DNA of 64,000 bases, taken from Neoechinorhynchus agilis. Its lineage: Eukaryota; Animalia; Acanthocephala. Shown here one piece after another: positions 12,501 to 25,700 of this stretch. Location of the stretch: contig CM121341.1 of the NCBI GenBank assembly GCA_051530055.1, forward strand, positions 13,990,784-14,054,783, read 5' to 3'. A program made the translations under genes and the position numbers. Within the stretch, counting starts at the first letter, position 1, and each line of letters starts with the position of its first letter. Under the pieces are notes generated by a model. That model searched no databases. It was not told the origin of the DNA and saw only the letters and a list, made by a program, of their open reading frames with translations.

Positions 12501-13600
12501 GACAGGCGCTAACCATGTTCCCGTGAATGGCCTCAGAAAGTCGATCTGGGACGGACCTCTTGTCGCGAGAGCTCACAACTCTCTACTTTCAGGTTCTCGC
12601 GATAGGGTCGTCCGAGCTAGACTGTTGGCAGTTTCAACACGAGAATCTGGGGCGTGGTTGGAGGCTGTTCCTCTGTCATCAGTGGGAACTCTTCCTACTG
12701 ATGAGGTAACGAGGATCGCAGTATCCTTAAGACTTGGTCTCCCGATATGCACGCCCCATCGCTGTCGATGTTGGTCGTTGGTTGATGCTTGCGGGCGACA
12801 CGGTCTCGTCTGCATTCTGAAATCAATAACTCGATTTCTCGGGCGTTGAGAACGGCGAAGTTCCCGAACATCCTGGAACCCGCTCACCTTTGTCGACTAG
12901 ACGGCCGTAGGCCCGATGGAATTTCGGTCCTCCCGTGGCGGGAGAGCAAATGCCTTCTCTGGGACGCCACGTGTGTGGACACCCTCGCAGCCAGCAACAT
13001 CCGCCACTCCCTCGAAATCGCCGGTGGTGCCGCCAGTGCAGCGGAAGGGAGGAAAATACACAAATATATTCAGTTATCGAGGGCTCACTATTTTGTCCCC
13101 TTTGGGGTAGAGACGCATGGAGCGCTCGGCAGCTCGGCACTCTCTCTGCTCCAGGATGTCTCGAAGAAAATGATAGAGGCAACCGGAGACTCAAGAGCAG
13201 GTGTATTCCTTCGACAAAATATCTCGCTGGCAATACAACGAGGCAATGCTGCCAGCGTGATGGCGACGGTCGAGGAAGGACAACAGCTGGAATTTGGCGG
13301 GAGGTGGTGAGTGTGCTTCAAACAGATTGCTCTCCCTAGGATAAGAAAAGAAATGTGGACATCAGGGAGCTGTTCTGCACTTGCCGCTGTTCAGAGTTGA
13401 TCGTCTAAAGAAGATTGCGCTGGCACGATAAAGTTTCGAAGTGCGAAGCAGATCACATACTGCGCAGCAAGGAGAAACTGGAAATAACGGGAAATCGCCG
13501 ACGAGGAAGGCCGAGGAAACTATGGGTGGATTGCATCAAACAGGATAAATTGATTGTCGAGAAAACACCGCAACCTTTCGAGAGAGAGAAAAATGCGTGA
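8805..13600 (+). mobile_element. RTE-clade LINE (APE endonuclease + RT), internally deleted, interrupted by a CRE-like element
   Basis: IAALNVGSMTG, LGVQETRW, GRNGVG-like and FNGHV APE motifs at 9040-9700. GLHQGSVLCPFLF and LLFADD at 10560-10700. C-terminal RGRPRKLWVDCIKQD resumes at about 13410-13560. Confidence 0.9.
10918..13310 (+). mobile_element. CRE-like (restriction-like endonuclease) non-LTR retrotransposon, 5'-truncated and frameshifted
   Basis: KLADGDVRGAV..SKHP, GGIRP, GVQQGDPLGP, WYLDD RT motifs. Cys/His knuckle CRC...HGLVC..RLH, and RLE motif RPDG...WDATCVDT..PFGVETHG, across 4 frames. Confidence 0.85.
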
Positions 13601-13869
13601 GTGAGAAGATTGATAGTTTATTGTTAAAAAATTTTCGAGTTTTCTTTAAACAAATATCTGAGGTTTTATTTGTGCTAACTTAATGCAGATCAGGTGAAAA
13701 AATATAATGACACTAACAAATTTTGTATTATTGAAAAACTTTGAAGAATGTTTAGCGGCGTCAATGTGATTTTTTGTTTTTCTTGCCAGTTTGATTTTCG
13801 TAGCTTTTTATCACTTCGAATATGGAGCTACCCGTCTCCGGTATTTTGATTTACTGTATTATTTCCATT

Positions 13870-14413
13870 GTTTTCGTTGTAGCTTCATACCTGAAAGCGA
13901 TCTCCTGAAGTACGTCGAACGTTAAGTTTTTCTATACGTGATCGCGCTGTTTATCTGATAGAGCGTCTGCTCCCATCGTCGCTTCTTTGAAAATCTTATA
14001 ATTGTCAACGGCGGTCTCGACAACATTCGGCGTATGATTGCCATGCTTTCATCGTGATCGTTCCTAACTTGTATCTTGAAGTCACTGAATTTTCGAATTC
14101 TTTAAATAACTTTTCCTTTTTGTTAATGACGAAACGGTGTCGCTTTAATCCAAGAGAGCAAGAATGATTTTTTACCGAAGTTTCTGCAACGCGACTCCAC
14201 TAAAAATGTTGCCCAAGTTGAAGGGTGTAATCCCTCCAAGCTTCGCCTTCCCCAACAAACTACCGAAACGGTGTGATGCCTACTTCGCTTACCTCCGAAG
14301 TCGATGCCATAGATGAATTTCTCCACTCTTCTTGGTTCTCGTCTTGTTTGAATTGCCTTTGGATCAGCATCTGAATCATTCAAGATGTCATGTTTTGTTA
14401 CTGGACCACTCAT
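13870..14413 (-). CDS. Possible unidentified spliced gene (first exon MSGPVTKHD...IYGIDFG, gtaagc donor)
   Basis: ATG-initiated ORF with a strong donor site after the FG codons and downstream open segments. No family recognised. Confidence 0.3.
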
Positions 14414-14421
14414 GGCAGTTC

Positions 14422-14607
14422 ACTAATCCTTTTGGGCACCTATTTCAATTTCCTTTATAGAAAATTTATTCTGAAACGTGATAATTTTTAAATAAATAGT
14501 AGTTGCTAATCCCTTTTGGGTACCTATTTCAATTTCCTTTATAGAAAATTTATTTTGAAACGTGATAATTTTCAAATACATAGTATTTACTGATCCCTTT
14601 TTGGCAC
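14422..14607. repeat. Tandem repeat, about 82-bp unit x 2.2
   Basis: ctaatcc(c)ttttggg(c/t)acctatttcaatttcctttatagaaaatttatt... repeated head to tail. Confidence 0.9.
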
Positions 14608-14625
14608 ATCAATCATGTTTAGACT

Positions 14626-15063
14626 TTGGATGTTGCTATAAGAATTATTCTAGATTGTGATATTTGCTTCATGGACCTGAACGATCAGACATATAAACGT
14701 TTGATATTAAATGCAACAAAAGTTCAAGATGGCCTTCGACAGGATACAACTAAGACAGATGAAGTGAGCTGGCTTCAGGAGATTATTGACTATTTAAAGA
14801 AACTCACAACTTTTAAAGTTAAGAACAACGTGTACAGTACCGATGAATGGTCCGTTTCTGATTTCACGGAAGAGGAAGAGAGAAAGGCTCCTAAAGATGT
14901 TCCATTTTCCCCGATTCAATGCATTACGCGATTGGATTGCATAAAACTTATGGTTTCTTCAATTTTTATTAGATTACTGTTGTATCATTACTCTGAAAGT
15001 GACTTTCCACCTAAAGAACCTTCTTTTGCAACCTGGCGGATCAACATTATTTATTTTACTTGA
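14626..15063 (+). CDS. Unidentified coding exon(s), probably part of a spliced or decayed gene
   Basis: 145-codon ORF with protein-like composition in AT-rich DNA. No recognised motif. Confidence 0.35.
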   Translation: MDVAIRIILDCDICFMDLNDQTYKRLILNATKVQDGLRQDTTKTDEVSWLQEIIDYLKKLTTFKVKNNVYSTDEWSVSDFTEEEERKAPKDVPFSPIQCITRLDCIKLMVSSIFIRLLLYHYSESDFPPKEPSFATWRINIIYFT

Positions 15064-15949
15064 AAATTGTTCCTATCTTGCTTTCCGTAAGGTTTTGTGC
15101 ATTCCAATAATACTCAAAAGCTTAGTGGAATTAAAACTGTTATACGTGAAATTTTTAATGCCTACTCTGTAATTATCCGATTTAGCGTGTTTGGAATATC
15201 AAACGTTTTACCAATATTTGATAATAAGACAAAGAAACGGTGGACTGGAGTTATTAGCATCTTTATCTCGGGCTTTGATTTCTTTAAAAAGCTTCGACAA
15301 TAAAATTAGTTCTTATTCTTTTCATTTCCAAAGCAATACGGGCAAGAAATATGCTGGGCAACTTTGTAAGGAACGACAAAACATTCATTGAATAGAAGCT
15401 ACAGCGGACCCCTTGTGCAAGCTAATTTCCTTCAACTTTCCCCAGATCGCGCGGGGTGGTGAAATCAACAGTCACATTCATAGAGCCTATAATTCGGTTT
15501 GAATGTTCACAGTGACTCAGGGATAATTTGAATCACTTACGTGAAGGCTACTAATCGCAGTACACCTTAAAAGACAACTGTTTTTTTCTCGCTAGTACTT
15601 TTTTGCATTGGAAAACTGTAGTGACATGACACTGTAATCCACGTGAGAAACCACTATTATTATGAATTAATCCGCTACCACTGGGCATTAATGTAAATGA
15701 TATCAAATCACCTCTATTAACAAGATTAATATTTCCCGTTTCTTGAAAGCAAATAACGCCCGCAACATCTAGTCAACCCGCTAGAAGAAATTAAAACAAC
15801 ATTATTCTCCATACAAGTAAGTAAATTACGTTATTTGGAGAATTTTCAAGAAAAGGGACATTCAAGGCGGGTCTCGGCTGAAAAGGCGAATGGTTTTCCT
15901 ACTCAAAAATGGTTCGGGTGAAAAATAGATTTTCTGTTTGAAGAGAGAT

Positions 15950-16900
15950 TACGCGAGACCTATTTGGTAAATGCGAAAATGTATTGATCTCTCTCACGTT
16001 GAGGAAAAGCGGAGGGAGAGAGGATTATTGTGCAATGGTCTGAGGATGAGAAATATTTAATCAAGACGTGAGTTGTAGTGGGTAGGAAATATTACTAACT
16101 GGACGAAGTCAAGTAGGAAAATTATTGAAATCACCAAGAATGATTCGATGTTCAAAACCAAGATAGTGAAGATTTGCTATCATTGCATCAATTTCCTGTG
16201 ATGCCATTTGTAGATTGGCTGAAGGAGGACGATAGATACCGATAATGATTAAATTTCGGCTGTCAGGGCGAAGTTTGAAAGAGAGCGTTATGTGGATGTA
16301 CTCCAGGTATGATGATTGGTAAGGAGTTGAGGGGGAGAGGGAGTAAGGGAGGTAGGACCGAATGAAAATGGAAACTCCACCTCCTACGCGTTAAAGCATT
16401 CGATTTTCTGTCAATTTCCTTTTTACTAGTCGCACAATAGTTTTATCCGCCGGATTACCCATCTTCGAGCTGTTTTTAAATTTCTATTAGCACACGTAAG
16501 CAATATCTACGGATTATATATAAACACGTTTTGTTTATGTAAAAAATGCAGGAAGGAGTCTTTCCTCGTTCTCTGGTTATTAAGGAAAGATTGGGCTTGG
16601 GGGAGGAAAGATTTTTGGTACAGGGTGGTACGAGCGAGGGGGGGATTAAAAGGTTGGGTTTACGGGTGTTTACGAAAGAAGAGTATTTAGAGATGAAAGA
16701 AAATTGTGGAGGGGGTTGAAGAAGACGGAGGGCATTTTTGGAGAAAATGGAGTGGGGGTGGGCGTCGAGGGGAGGAAGTGAAGTCCCGCATATTCTAGGT
16801 GCTCTCTTGTGGAAGGTTTCAAGGAATGGAGAGCATTAAAAAAGAGGGAGAGGAAAGTGGGGAAAGCGTATGTAAGGATAGGAAGGATGGCAGAAAGATA
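15950..16900 (-). mobile_element. L2/CR1-like LINE fragments (APE region)
   Basis: Reverse complement matches 24440-24720 (taccaatcatcatac..gagtacat..cataacgctctct..aaacttcgc; gatgcaatgatagcaaatcttcac). Confidence 0.75.
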
Positions 16901-16966
16901 AAAGTGTTCATCCCGTCGTGCACACTCGGCCGTTTTTAACCTTGTTTTCTCGACAATTCGAATTTA

Positions 16967-17292
16967 TTTCTTATTGATGTGAATTAACACTTTCCGCGGT
17001 CGGAGAAATTTTGTTTTACATCAGAGAAATGATATAACCACTGCCCCGAATCCCTGTTTCAGGGTCAAAGGGTTCGAATCCACGATCGACAATGACGTAC
17101 AACCAGAGGTGACGAAATACCGCTGAAGGGAGGAAACTCACTGATGAGTCCCGCCTCCTGGAGGTATCTGAGGATCCGGAGAAATGTACGAACTCTTAAC
17201 GTTTCATCAGAGTTTAAACGGTTATATCACGTCTCTGATGTAAAAGAAAATTTCTCCGACCGCTGAAAGAGCTAATTCACATCAATAAAAAA
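16967..17292 (+). repeat. Ribozyme-SINE copy 1 enclosed by a roughly 73-bp imperfect inverted repeat (16967-17039 / 17220-17292)
   Basis: Arms are about 90% reverse-complementary. B-box GGTTCGAATCC at 17071-17081. Confidence 0.8.
17109..17172 (+). ncRNA. Non-circularly permuted hammerhead ribozyme, copy 1 (intact core)
   Basis: GAC-GAAA-TACC ... CTCA-CTGATGA-GTC ... GGTA-TC-TGAG. Stems I, II and III all pair. Extra linker helix GGAGG/CCTCC. Confidence 0.75.
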
Positions 17293-20200
17293 AGAAATAT
17301 ATACATGCGGTCGGAAAAATCAGCTGACAATGCAACAAATGATAATTCCAATTTAGGAAAATTTTTATTTTCCTTTAATGAAAAGTAAATTTGGTTGGCT
17401 TTTAAAGAAATTCTACTTAGTCACTTAATACTCTTCGCTCGTTCTTTATAATATTTCTTTTCTCAACAAGTTAAATTTAGAAAAGTATGAAATTCCTTTC
17501 CTGTAAAATACGGTTTAATTTGCTGCACAGTTCTAAATATAAGTGATTTAGGTATTTTTAACCTAGAATTTATATTTACTGCAACCTGACAATTTCGCCA
17601 ATTGTGCAACTGTCACAATTGATTTTTAATGTTCCATCGCTGATAATAGTTTCGCTAAAAATCGAAATGTTCCAAGAAATTCGCATTTTCAAGGCTGACC
17701 TAAAAATATATTCCCGATGTTTAATCGAAGCAAGAATCGTCAGATTGTTATTGAATGTCAAATCTCTTTTGCGAGATAAAGGATCACAATGTTTTTCGGA
17801 ACTCATAGATCTTACATCTTGCATTTGATCAGATAATTTTCAAGAGAGCTTATTGAAAAAACCGATATGTTGGAACTGCGAAGATTCCTAAATAGTAGAT
17901 AATATGGCCGCTGTATTAGAAGCGATCTTTTACAAAATTTCTAAAGACCGTAGATAAGCGAAAGTTCCATTATTGATAGTTTTTATGTTGTTGTAAGAAA
18001 GGTCTCTAAGCTAAGCAGTGAAGATTTTACAAGTTTTGTTTTTACAAAGACTTACATCTCCTTTAATTTTAATTGATTTTCCCACGGTCCTGGGAAAATA
18101 ATACTAATATGATTATTGGACAGATCTCTAAATTCGAGATTATATATTTTTTGATCAACACCTCTCACATTTTCTTTAAGTTATATGCACCGCGAAATGC
18201 TCGCCCCGACACAAATATTATCTTATTTTTTGAAAGATCTCTAAAAATATTGTGACGATGAACACGATGAAGTTAATTATCAGCTCACGCTGTTTCTAAG
18301 CTAGTGAGTTCACTGAACCAGTTATTGTCAATAATATTAATATTGTTATTTCGAAGTATTCTAAATCCATTTTTTAACTTTTGTATTTTTTTAATCTGTT
18401 TTCAAAATAGTGAAAAAGCTTGAAATGAAATTGTTATTTTCCTGTTAATCAAATCGTATTAAATGGAAAATATTTAGCTGGAAAGCTTCACGCGAGAGGG
18501 ACTAAAATGGGAAACATTAGTTTAAGTTTAAAGGGAATTTGTTCATTATCTATATACCCTTGCGCAATAAAGTCTTGGGAACGACACAACCTTTTGACTA
18601 TCATTTGAAAGAAAGTAAGTGCAAATGTTGTAAAGCAGCTTGATTGCTGGCAAGGGAGTAAAAATTGAGCATAGTTTTTAAATACCCACATAAGAAACAT
18701 ATTTTAAAGGAATAATTTTGCCTTGTTTTCATCTCGAATATGATTGTAAAAATTGAGATTTTTAGCGCTTAGTTTTTATTTTAGATAAAAATTCCAGGGT
18801 AGTAGACATTTATCGACCTTAAGCTTTATTAGCTTGTACTCACAGCAATCTCAGGTTTTTGAGAGAGTTAAAACTATTGGGATGAATAAAATCAATTTGA
18901 TTGTTATTTAGGTATCTAATGAAGAAATGTGTAAGGGCAAAAATTATATTAATTACATACAATTTTCGTAACCGTTTGAGATCCTTCAGCAGATTGGTTT
19001 GAATATTTTCCAGTTTGTTATAAGATAAGTCTCTAAAATCAATAAGATGATCTCGCGCCTTTAGGTTTCAATCGCTTTAGAGCTTACAGTATGGCCGTAT
19101 TGTGTAGATTCGCGAGACTGTGCACATTTATCTGGTTAATGCAATTATCGGAAAGATTCCTACGAGTTTATATGAAATGTTTCTAAGAAAACTGAATATT
19201 ACAAATCCTTCAACTTCATTGAATTTTTGAACATTTCAATTGGAACGATTGTAATCTTGTTTGAAGATAAGTCTCTGAATGGAAGAGAGCGTAAGGTTTT
19301 GAAGGTTTTTTCGACCATCACATCTTCGACAGTTTCTTAAATTGCGAGAAAAATTTGTATTTGTCTTCACTGACTTCAACTTGTAATCTTTTATGTATAT
19401 ATGCTAAAAAGTTTGTTTGTTGAGAATAACCTACCTTGGTTGAAAAGCGGGCAGGATTCCAGTAGTGTAATTAATCAAGTTATTTGAGATTAAACTAAAT
19501 TGCACATAAAATTTATTAAAACTGACCACACTTTTCCTCACAGTTGTCGAAGATTTCGAAGATTTATAAACGTTTGAAGCCTTAAGTGCGATATTTTGTT
19601 GTTCATTAAATTTCTACAGGCAAAAGTAGTTCAGAGCTACAATCGAAATTTCCCACATTTTCTTAAGTTTGAGATTGTTTTCGAATTGGTACACATCGAT
19701 CTGCTCAATAGCATTCAATGACAAATCTCTTTCAGGAACCGATGAAAGTTTTCGATTTAATAAAACTTACAGCTCATTTAAATTGGTCAACTGCTTGTAG
19801 TCACTCCCCGAGAGAGCATAAATGGCACAATTGGACAAAAATCTAAATTTAAATGTTTTGAAAAAAGTATAATGTGAATCTTTATATTGACATAGACAAA
19901 AAGTGTCTTCAGCAAATAGCTGTCTTTGTTAGAACATAAAACAATGTTCTTGGTTTATTCTGTAAACATTATAGCAAGCATTCGGAGTAATTAGCTCATA
20001 AAACTGATGTATTCAATTATCGACGAGGGCAAATTAATTTACGGAATTTTATCTAGAGCAAAAACACTTACAAGTTTTCAATATTAGTCGTATTCTCAAA
20101 TAGGGAATCGATCAATCCGATTGGATTGTTTGAAAGATTGCTAATGCTAGAATGAGTATTGTTATTGCTACATATTCTTACAGTTCCATTAAATTTTGGA

Positions 20201-21675
20201 AATAATAAAATCCAAAATTAATCATGATTCGGCTTAATTTATTGCTTGCGAGGTTCCTGCGACGAAAAATAACTCAGAGATAATTACAAAATATCACTTA
20301 CAAAATAGATAGATTTCTAAGCTGATTTTTTGCGCTTAAATCTTGCGGCCTATTTAAAACAAATCAAGTAAGTCGCGTTCCCTATAAACTTACACTGATG
20401 CGTTAGGTTCAAGAGCACACATCCAACATTTTAGTTGATTGTCGCTTAGATTTCTAGAATGATAATTTTATTAGGAGGGAATTATGATAATGAGAAATCG
20501 ATATTACAGAACACGCAACAGTTGATGTTCAGATAATACATCAATATCTATCGCTTCTAAATAGTTGTTGCTCAAGTCTCTAAAAAATTATATTATGTGT
20601 AGCTGCAATCGCTTTTAACAAACTTCTTACATGAAATCAAGAGAGCTGCTGTTTATAACAAGAAGATCTTTAATTTCCGTAAGGCAATTGAAGGACAAAT
20701 CACTGAAAAAATGAAATATTTACACTAAACATTTAAACTTACATTGATGATATACCGAGTGTGCAGGAACCAAAAGAACCAACAAATCTGCTGATTTTAT
20801 TATTGCTTAGATTTCTAAAAGCGGATTGAATTCAAGGTGTTTATTGGCGCAGTCCTTAGTGCGTTAGATTCAAAACATTATCGGCCTAAACATTAATGCA
20901 CATTTGTGCCTTAATTAGTGTAAGCGGCAGCGTGCCCGAATGAATTATTTTGGCGAATCCTATCTTCCTTTTTGGCACTAGCCGTAATGCGTTATAATGA
21001 AAGCATTTTGGACGTATTAACCGTGTTCGCGTGTTCATTAATGTGGGGGGTTGCGTGCTCGAATGAATACATAGGGAGCGAATGCACTGCAGTGTGTAAG
21101 AGTGAAAATATTATCGGCGAAGGTGATCTTTTAGTGAAAAATATTGTAGAAGAAAAAGAAGTGGGTGATTTCTTGCGTTAGACTTACAATTTCTGGTAGA
21201 GTCCGGTGTTGCAACAACGGCCACGATTTTCACTCCTGCATGACACTTGGCTAAAATATCGTAATGGTCCATCACCTACCCATGACGTGATGTTTCGTAC
21301 GAGCAAACGAAATCAGTCGTGCATTGTACATATGATGCATTCATTAAACTCTGGTCACATTCGGTTATCTCATTATTGGGATTTGAGTAGCCAATCGTCG
21401 ATGTTATCACCATGAAAAGTAAAGTCCTTTTTGACGGATAAATAGTCATTGCTTATGTAAATGTTGTTCGTTTGAGAGAAAGGAGTTCAGATTTGCCTTT
21501 GTCTTAGAAAAAGTTGAGAAGACTGACATTTAACGTATAACGCGTGCCTATACGTCATCAGTTTTGTTAAAATCGAGCAAACGTACCAGAACATAAACAA
21601 CATAGCAAAAAATTTAGCTTATCTGTTTAAAGGTCAGTGTTCAAAAGCCAGTATCGCCGATGAAACATAATCAAA

Positions 21676-21740
21676 GGGAACCAAATACCACTGAAGGGAG
21701 GAAACTCACTGATGAGCCCCGCCCCCTGGAGGCATATGAG
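21676..21740 (+). ncRNA. Non-circularly permuted hammerhead, copy 2 (degenerate)
   Basis: Same module. GAAA changed to CAAA, stem II and III mismatches. CTCA-CTGATGA and TA-TGAG retained. Confidence 0.55.
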
Positions 21741-22241
21741 GATCCGCAGGGATGCGTGCAAACTCTTAACCGTATAGGATTATTGTTTAGGTCATTACCC
21801 GGTAAATAATTTTTTTATTGGACTTTTCGAACTTCGTCGGGTTCATCATCAGTTTGTTAGTGGTTCGAAACGTCTTTAATAAAAAATATTTAACGGTGAT
21901 GATTTAAATAATCCTAATCATCTACCCCGGTACCTCACATATAGACATTTTCTTAACCGTGTGGTTCAAGCTTTAAGTGATTCAATCGCTTCCCCGACCA
22001 AGATCGGGAGACTATGTGTTCAAGGAAAATTATCAGCCTTGTAAGGGGTTATCATGTCAAAAACTTCAAAACAGAAATTAAAGGAATTTCTTAAAATGGA
22101 GAAGTCGCCTGGTCATTGGATAAATTTTCACAATTGTGAATTAATAGAAAAGTTAATGATCTTCTCAACACTCGGAGCCAAAGAATTCTCGCCATTTTCA
22201 CATTCAAGGAATCGCTAAAGACCAACACAAATTCTCACCTC

Positions 22242-22338
22242 TCTCTCGTTAACGTCCTACTCGACAACTTTCTGTCCCGTCAACGCCCTCCTCGACAACG
22301 TCCTCTCTCGTCAAAGTCCTCTCTCGTCAAAGTCCTCT
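22242..22338. repeat. Minisatellite, 16-bp unit (ctctcgtcaaagtcct) x about 6, degenerate
   Basis: Direct inspection. No spacers between units. Confidence 0.8.
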
Positions 22339-22719
22339 AATCAATGAACGGTGAACGAGAATCGGCCAAGTATTATGCTCTTCTTAATGTTGCACTAAAG
22401 GTATGCTTTGAACGAGTTACTGAAACTCTAAAGAGTTAATTAATTGAAGCGATGAGCACACTTAAGGATATATTGAAATGGAAGCTCTTAAAAGTGAACA
22501 GTTAGTCGAAGTCAAAATGTGCAAAGGGAAAAAACTAACGGTCCAAAGAGGCAGACAAAGGTATCAAAGGTGAATTCTAAGAAACAGGTTAAAGGTTTAC
22601 AGAAATCGGCTGGTGAAGCATCCACGAAGGAGAATTTGGTATTGGTAAATACCATCCGTATGCCAAACTCAAACGAAGATTCGTTTCCGGTGTTCAAAAG
22701 AATGCGATATTTCGACAAT

Positions 22720-25700
22720 TACTAGGGACTTGATGCCACCCTTAGATAGTATGATATTGTGACTGGGATAAAAGGTAACTATAGGAAAAGCGAAAGCGAT
22801 TCAGCTGGAGTAACTACTAAGAAAGCTACGGTCGAGCAAAAGGTCGAAGAAACATCTGAACGAGTAGGAGCAAGACAAAAAAGAGGAACACCATCAAAAT
22901 CAATCAACGCCCGATTCATTTCTGTACTGATACGCCTCCACCCCGACCATCATCCCTTGTTGCTCTGAATTCGCCAACCTCTCATCGCTGATCCGCCGTC
23001 TTGAAATTCTTCATAAAAGAACATCTAAAATTTGCACAACTTACTTTCCCCCTCTCACCGAATGCCTTGATACTATTTTCATTAGACAATCAAAACGCCT
23101 CTCAACCCTACCACCACAATTTCTTCCACATATCGCCCCCTTTTCACACGAGCGCAACACTCGTAACCCTAATTCGGTTCACCCTCACTATATCTCGCAC
23201 CTCCCTATATCTACGCTTCTTTTTCCATGCTGCCCAATTTCCTCGGACATCATAACCTGAAATGATTCTGAGGAAAGACCAACCTTACAAGCGCTCCTGG
23301 AAGTAATAAACACTAATTCCCACCAGAACGAACCTTCCAACCCAACCGGATATTCTCGAACGAACGGACACATCCTCACCCGAACGAACCGTCCCCGGCT
23401 GGATAGTTACCACCCGAATAGGCATCCTTCCGACCAGATATTACCTTCCGAACGGACATCCCTCGACTGCATATTCAAATATTAACGGATGAGGACCCAA
23501 AGGTACATGGGTCCTCCTAACCTTTCCTTGTATTTTCAATAGACGTGTTATTATTATAACCACTTCCAAAACTTCCCACCTGCTTCCAAACTTCTCCAAA
23601 CTCCCCACTTAACTGTATCAAACCTGCCCGCCAAACTCTTTTGAAACTTTCCAAAACCTCCCACAAGACCTTTAATTCTCACACTTACCGCCAAACCAAT
23701 CTTCCTAAACAAACATCGCAACAGACCTGCAGCAACCAACTATATCATGATATATCATCCCACTATGGACCAACATACAACATCTTCTCTCCGGTATCCC
23801 CGAAATCACAGCATTATGCAAATTAGACCTTCAGAAACACTATATTCATCACCGTAATATTGTCTGTCGACTCCCGTCCTCGTCAACTCAAATCACTTTC
23901 AATCCACCAAACGCCGCATCCTCCTTCGTTCAAAAGCGCTTCGTACCTGTCGATTCCTCCCTACCATACCGAATATACCCAGACCGCTCAATTCAAACTG
24001 TGAACTCCATCCATCATTGGCTTATGCACAACCGTCGTCTCCCCCCTTCCAATAATTTATAACCAGCAAAACAAGTAAATTTTTGGACATCTCCGAAAAT
24101 CCCTACTGTACGTTGGTAGAATCAAACATTACTATTCACTCTAAAAACACTCAGAAACTTATCCACCGAACTCTTCCACCAGCCAACTCCCACAAACTAC
24201 ATCAGCCTTCAAGCTATTTCAAACAACCATTTCCCTCCATGCTTTTCACTAGCATAAGAAGTCTGTTACCGAAAATAGATCATCTTTCACTTTTAGTCAC
24301 TACCACCAACGCAGACATTCTGGTCATCGTGAAAACATGGCTGCAATCCAATTCCGATATGGCTTCGATTCTTGGCTACACGTCTTTCCACTCTTACAGA
24401 GACGAACGCGTAGGATGTGGAGTTTCCATTTTCATTCTGTACGGCCTCCCTTACTCCTCTCCCCCTCAAATCCTTACCAATCACCATACTTAGAGTACAT
24501 CTACATAACGCTCTCTCTCAAACTTCGCTCAGGCAGCCGAGGTGGAGTTACCCCGCGAAATATTTTAAATAAATCAAATATGTTATGACCGGGATTATTT
24601 TTACCAAAAGTATACTTTGATTAACCCGAATGATTTTCTATCGATCATTATGAGTATCCATCGTCCTACCTCAGCCAATCTACAGATTGACGCAATGATA
24701 GCAAATCTTCACTTCATTGGTCTTGAACATCTAATCATTCTTGGTGATTTCAATAATCTTTTCACATCACTATTTCTCCTTGACTTCGTCCAGTTAGTAA
24801 AATTTCCTACCCGCCACAACTCACATCTCGATATAATCCTTACTAAGATACACAAATACAAGGATGCTAAAAAACTACTCCCAATCTCATCCTCAGACCA
24901 CTGCGCAACAATCCTCTCTCCCTCCGCTCCTCTTCAACGTGTACGGTGACCCCCCTTTACGGTCTGGCAAAAGAGAAATCAACACATTTTCGCATTTATC
25001 AAATTGGTCTCGCGTAATCTCTCTTCAAACAGAAAATCTATTTTTCACCCGAACCCTTCGAAGGCTATGCTTTCTCTTACTAATATACTCTCTTCTTGCA
25101 TGACTACAGTTATTCCTAGGTAAACCATTCGCCTTTCCAGCCGAGACCCACCTTGAATGCCCCCTTTCTTGAAAATGTTTTTAATAAAGGTGAATAAAGC
25201 ATGCTGCGCATGCAATCCCAATTTCCCGCACCTTCAATCCTCCCTTGCGCATCACATTCTCAATTCGCGCAAGACCTTTCTTGCACATAAACTCGCCTCC
25301 TCTCCCACTCACCTCTGGCAGGAAAAACGCCGTGGGTATAAAAAAAACCCTTCTCCAACCTCTCAAACTTTGGCATCCTTGCTACACAAAACTCCATCAA
25401 TGCGCAACTTAGTATAATCAACCAAAGTGTCAAGACCGGAATCTTCCCTAGTTGCCTTAAGACAGCTCGGGTAACCCTGCTCCCGAAAGCAGGTAAACTT
25501 ATATCCACCTCAACACCTTCGGCCAATCTTTAATCGAAATATTGCACTTATTCAATTAGGTTTCCGGCCTGGCTTTTCTTGTACGGACGCCCCTCTTTGC
25601 ATCGACGATTCTCTTCTTAGTCCCCCATTCTTTTCAACATTTTCCTGAACGATCTTATTCCATCCTCTTATTCTAAATACTTCTTGTATGTTGATGATCT

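Noticed and set aside
12573-13339. Multiple long overlapping and antisense ORFs
   Set aside because: Expected by-product of the GC-rich CRE-like coding sequence. The same holds for antisense ORFs over the RTE, gypsy and Q-rich regions.
17071-17081. Functional tRNA genes at the GGTTCGA motifs (17071, 42246, 60846)
   Set aside because: No complete cloverleaf or acceptor stem. Interpreted as SINE-type B-boxes.
17500-20900. Leu-rich stretches suggesting LRR/F-box genes
   Set aside because: Only short broken ORFs with no verifiable motif or exon chain.
22242-22338. Regular short repeats as a CRISPR array
   Set aside because: Head-to-tail 16-mers with no unique spacers, eukaryotic context and no cas genes. 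The same applies to the 117-bp coding repeats.
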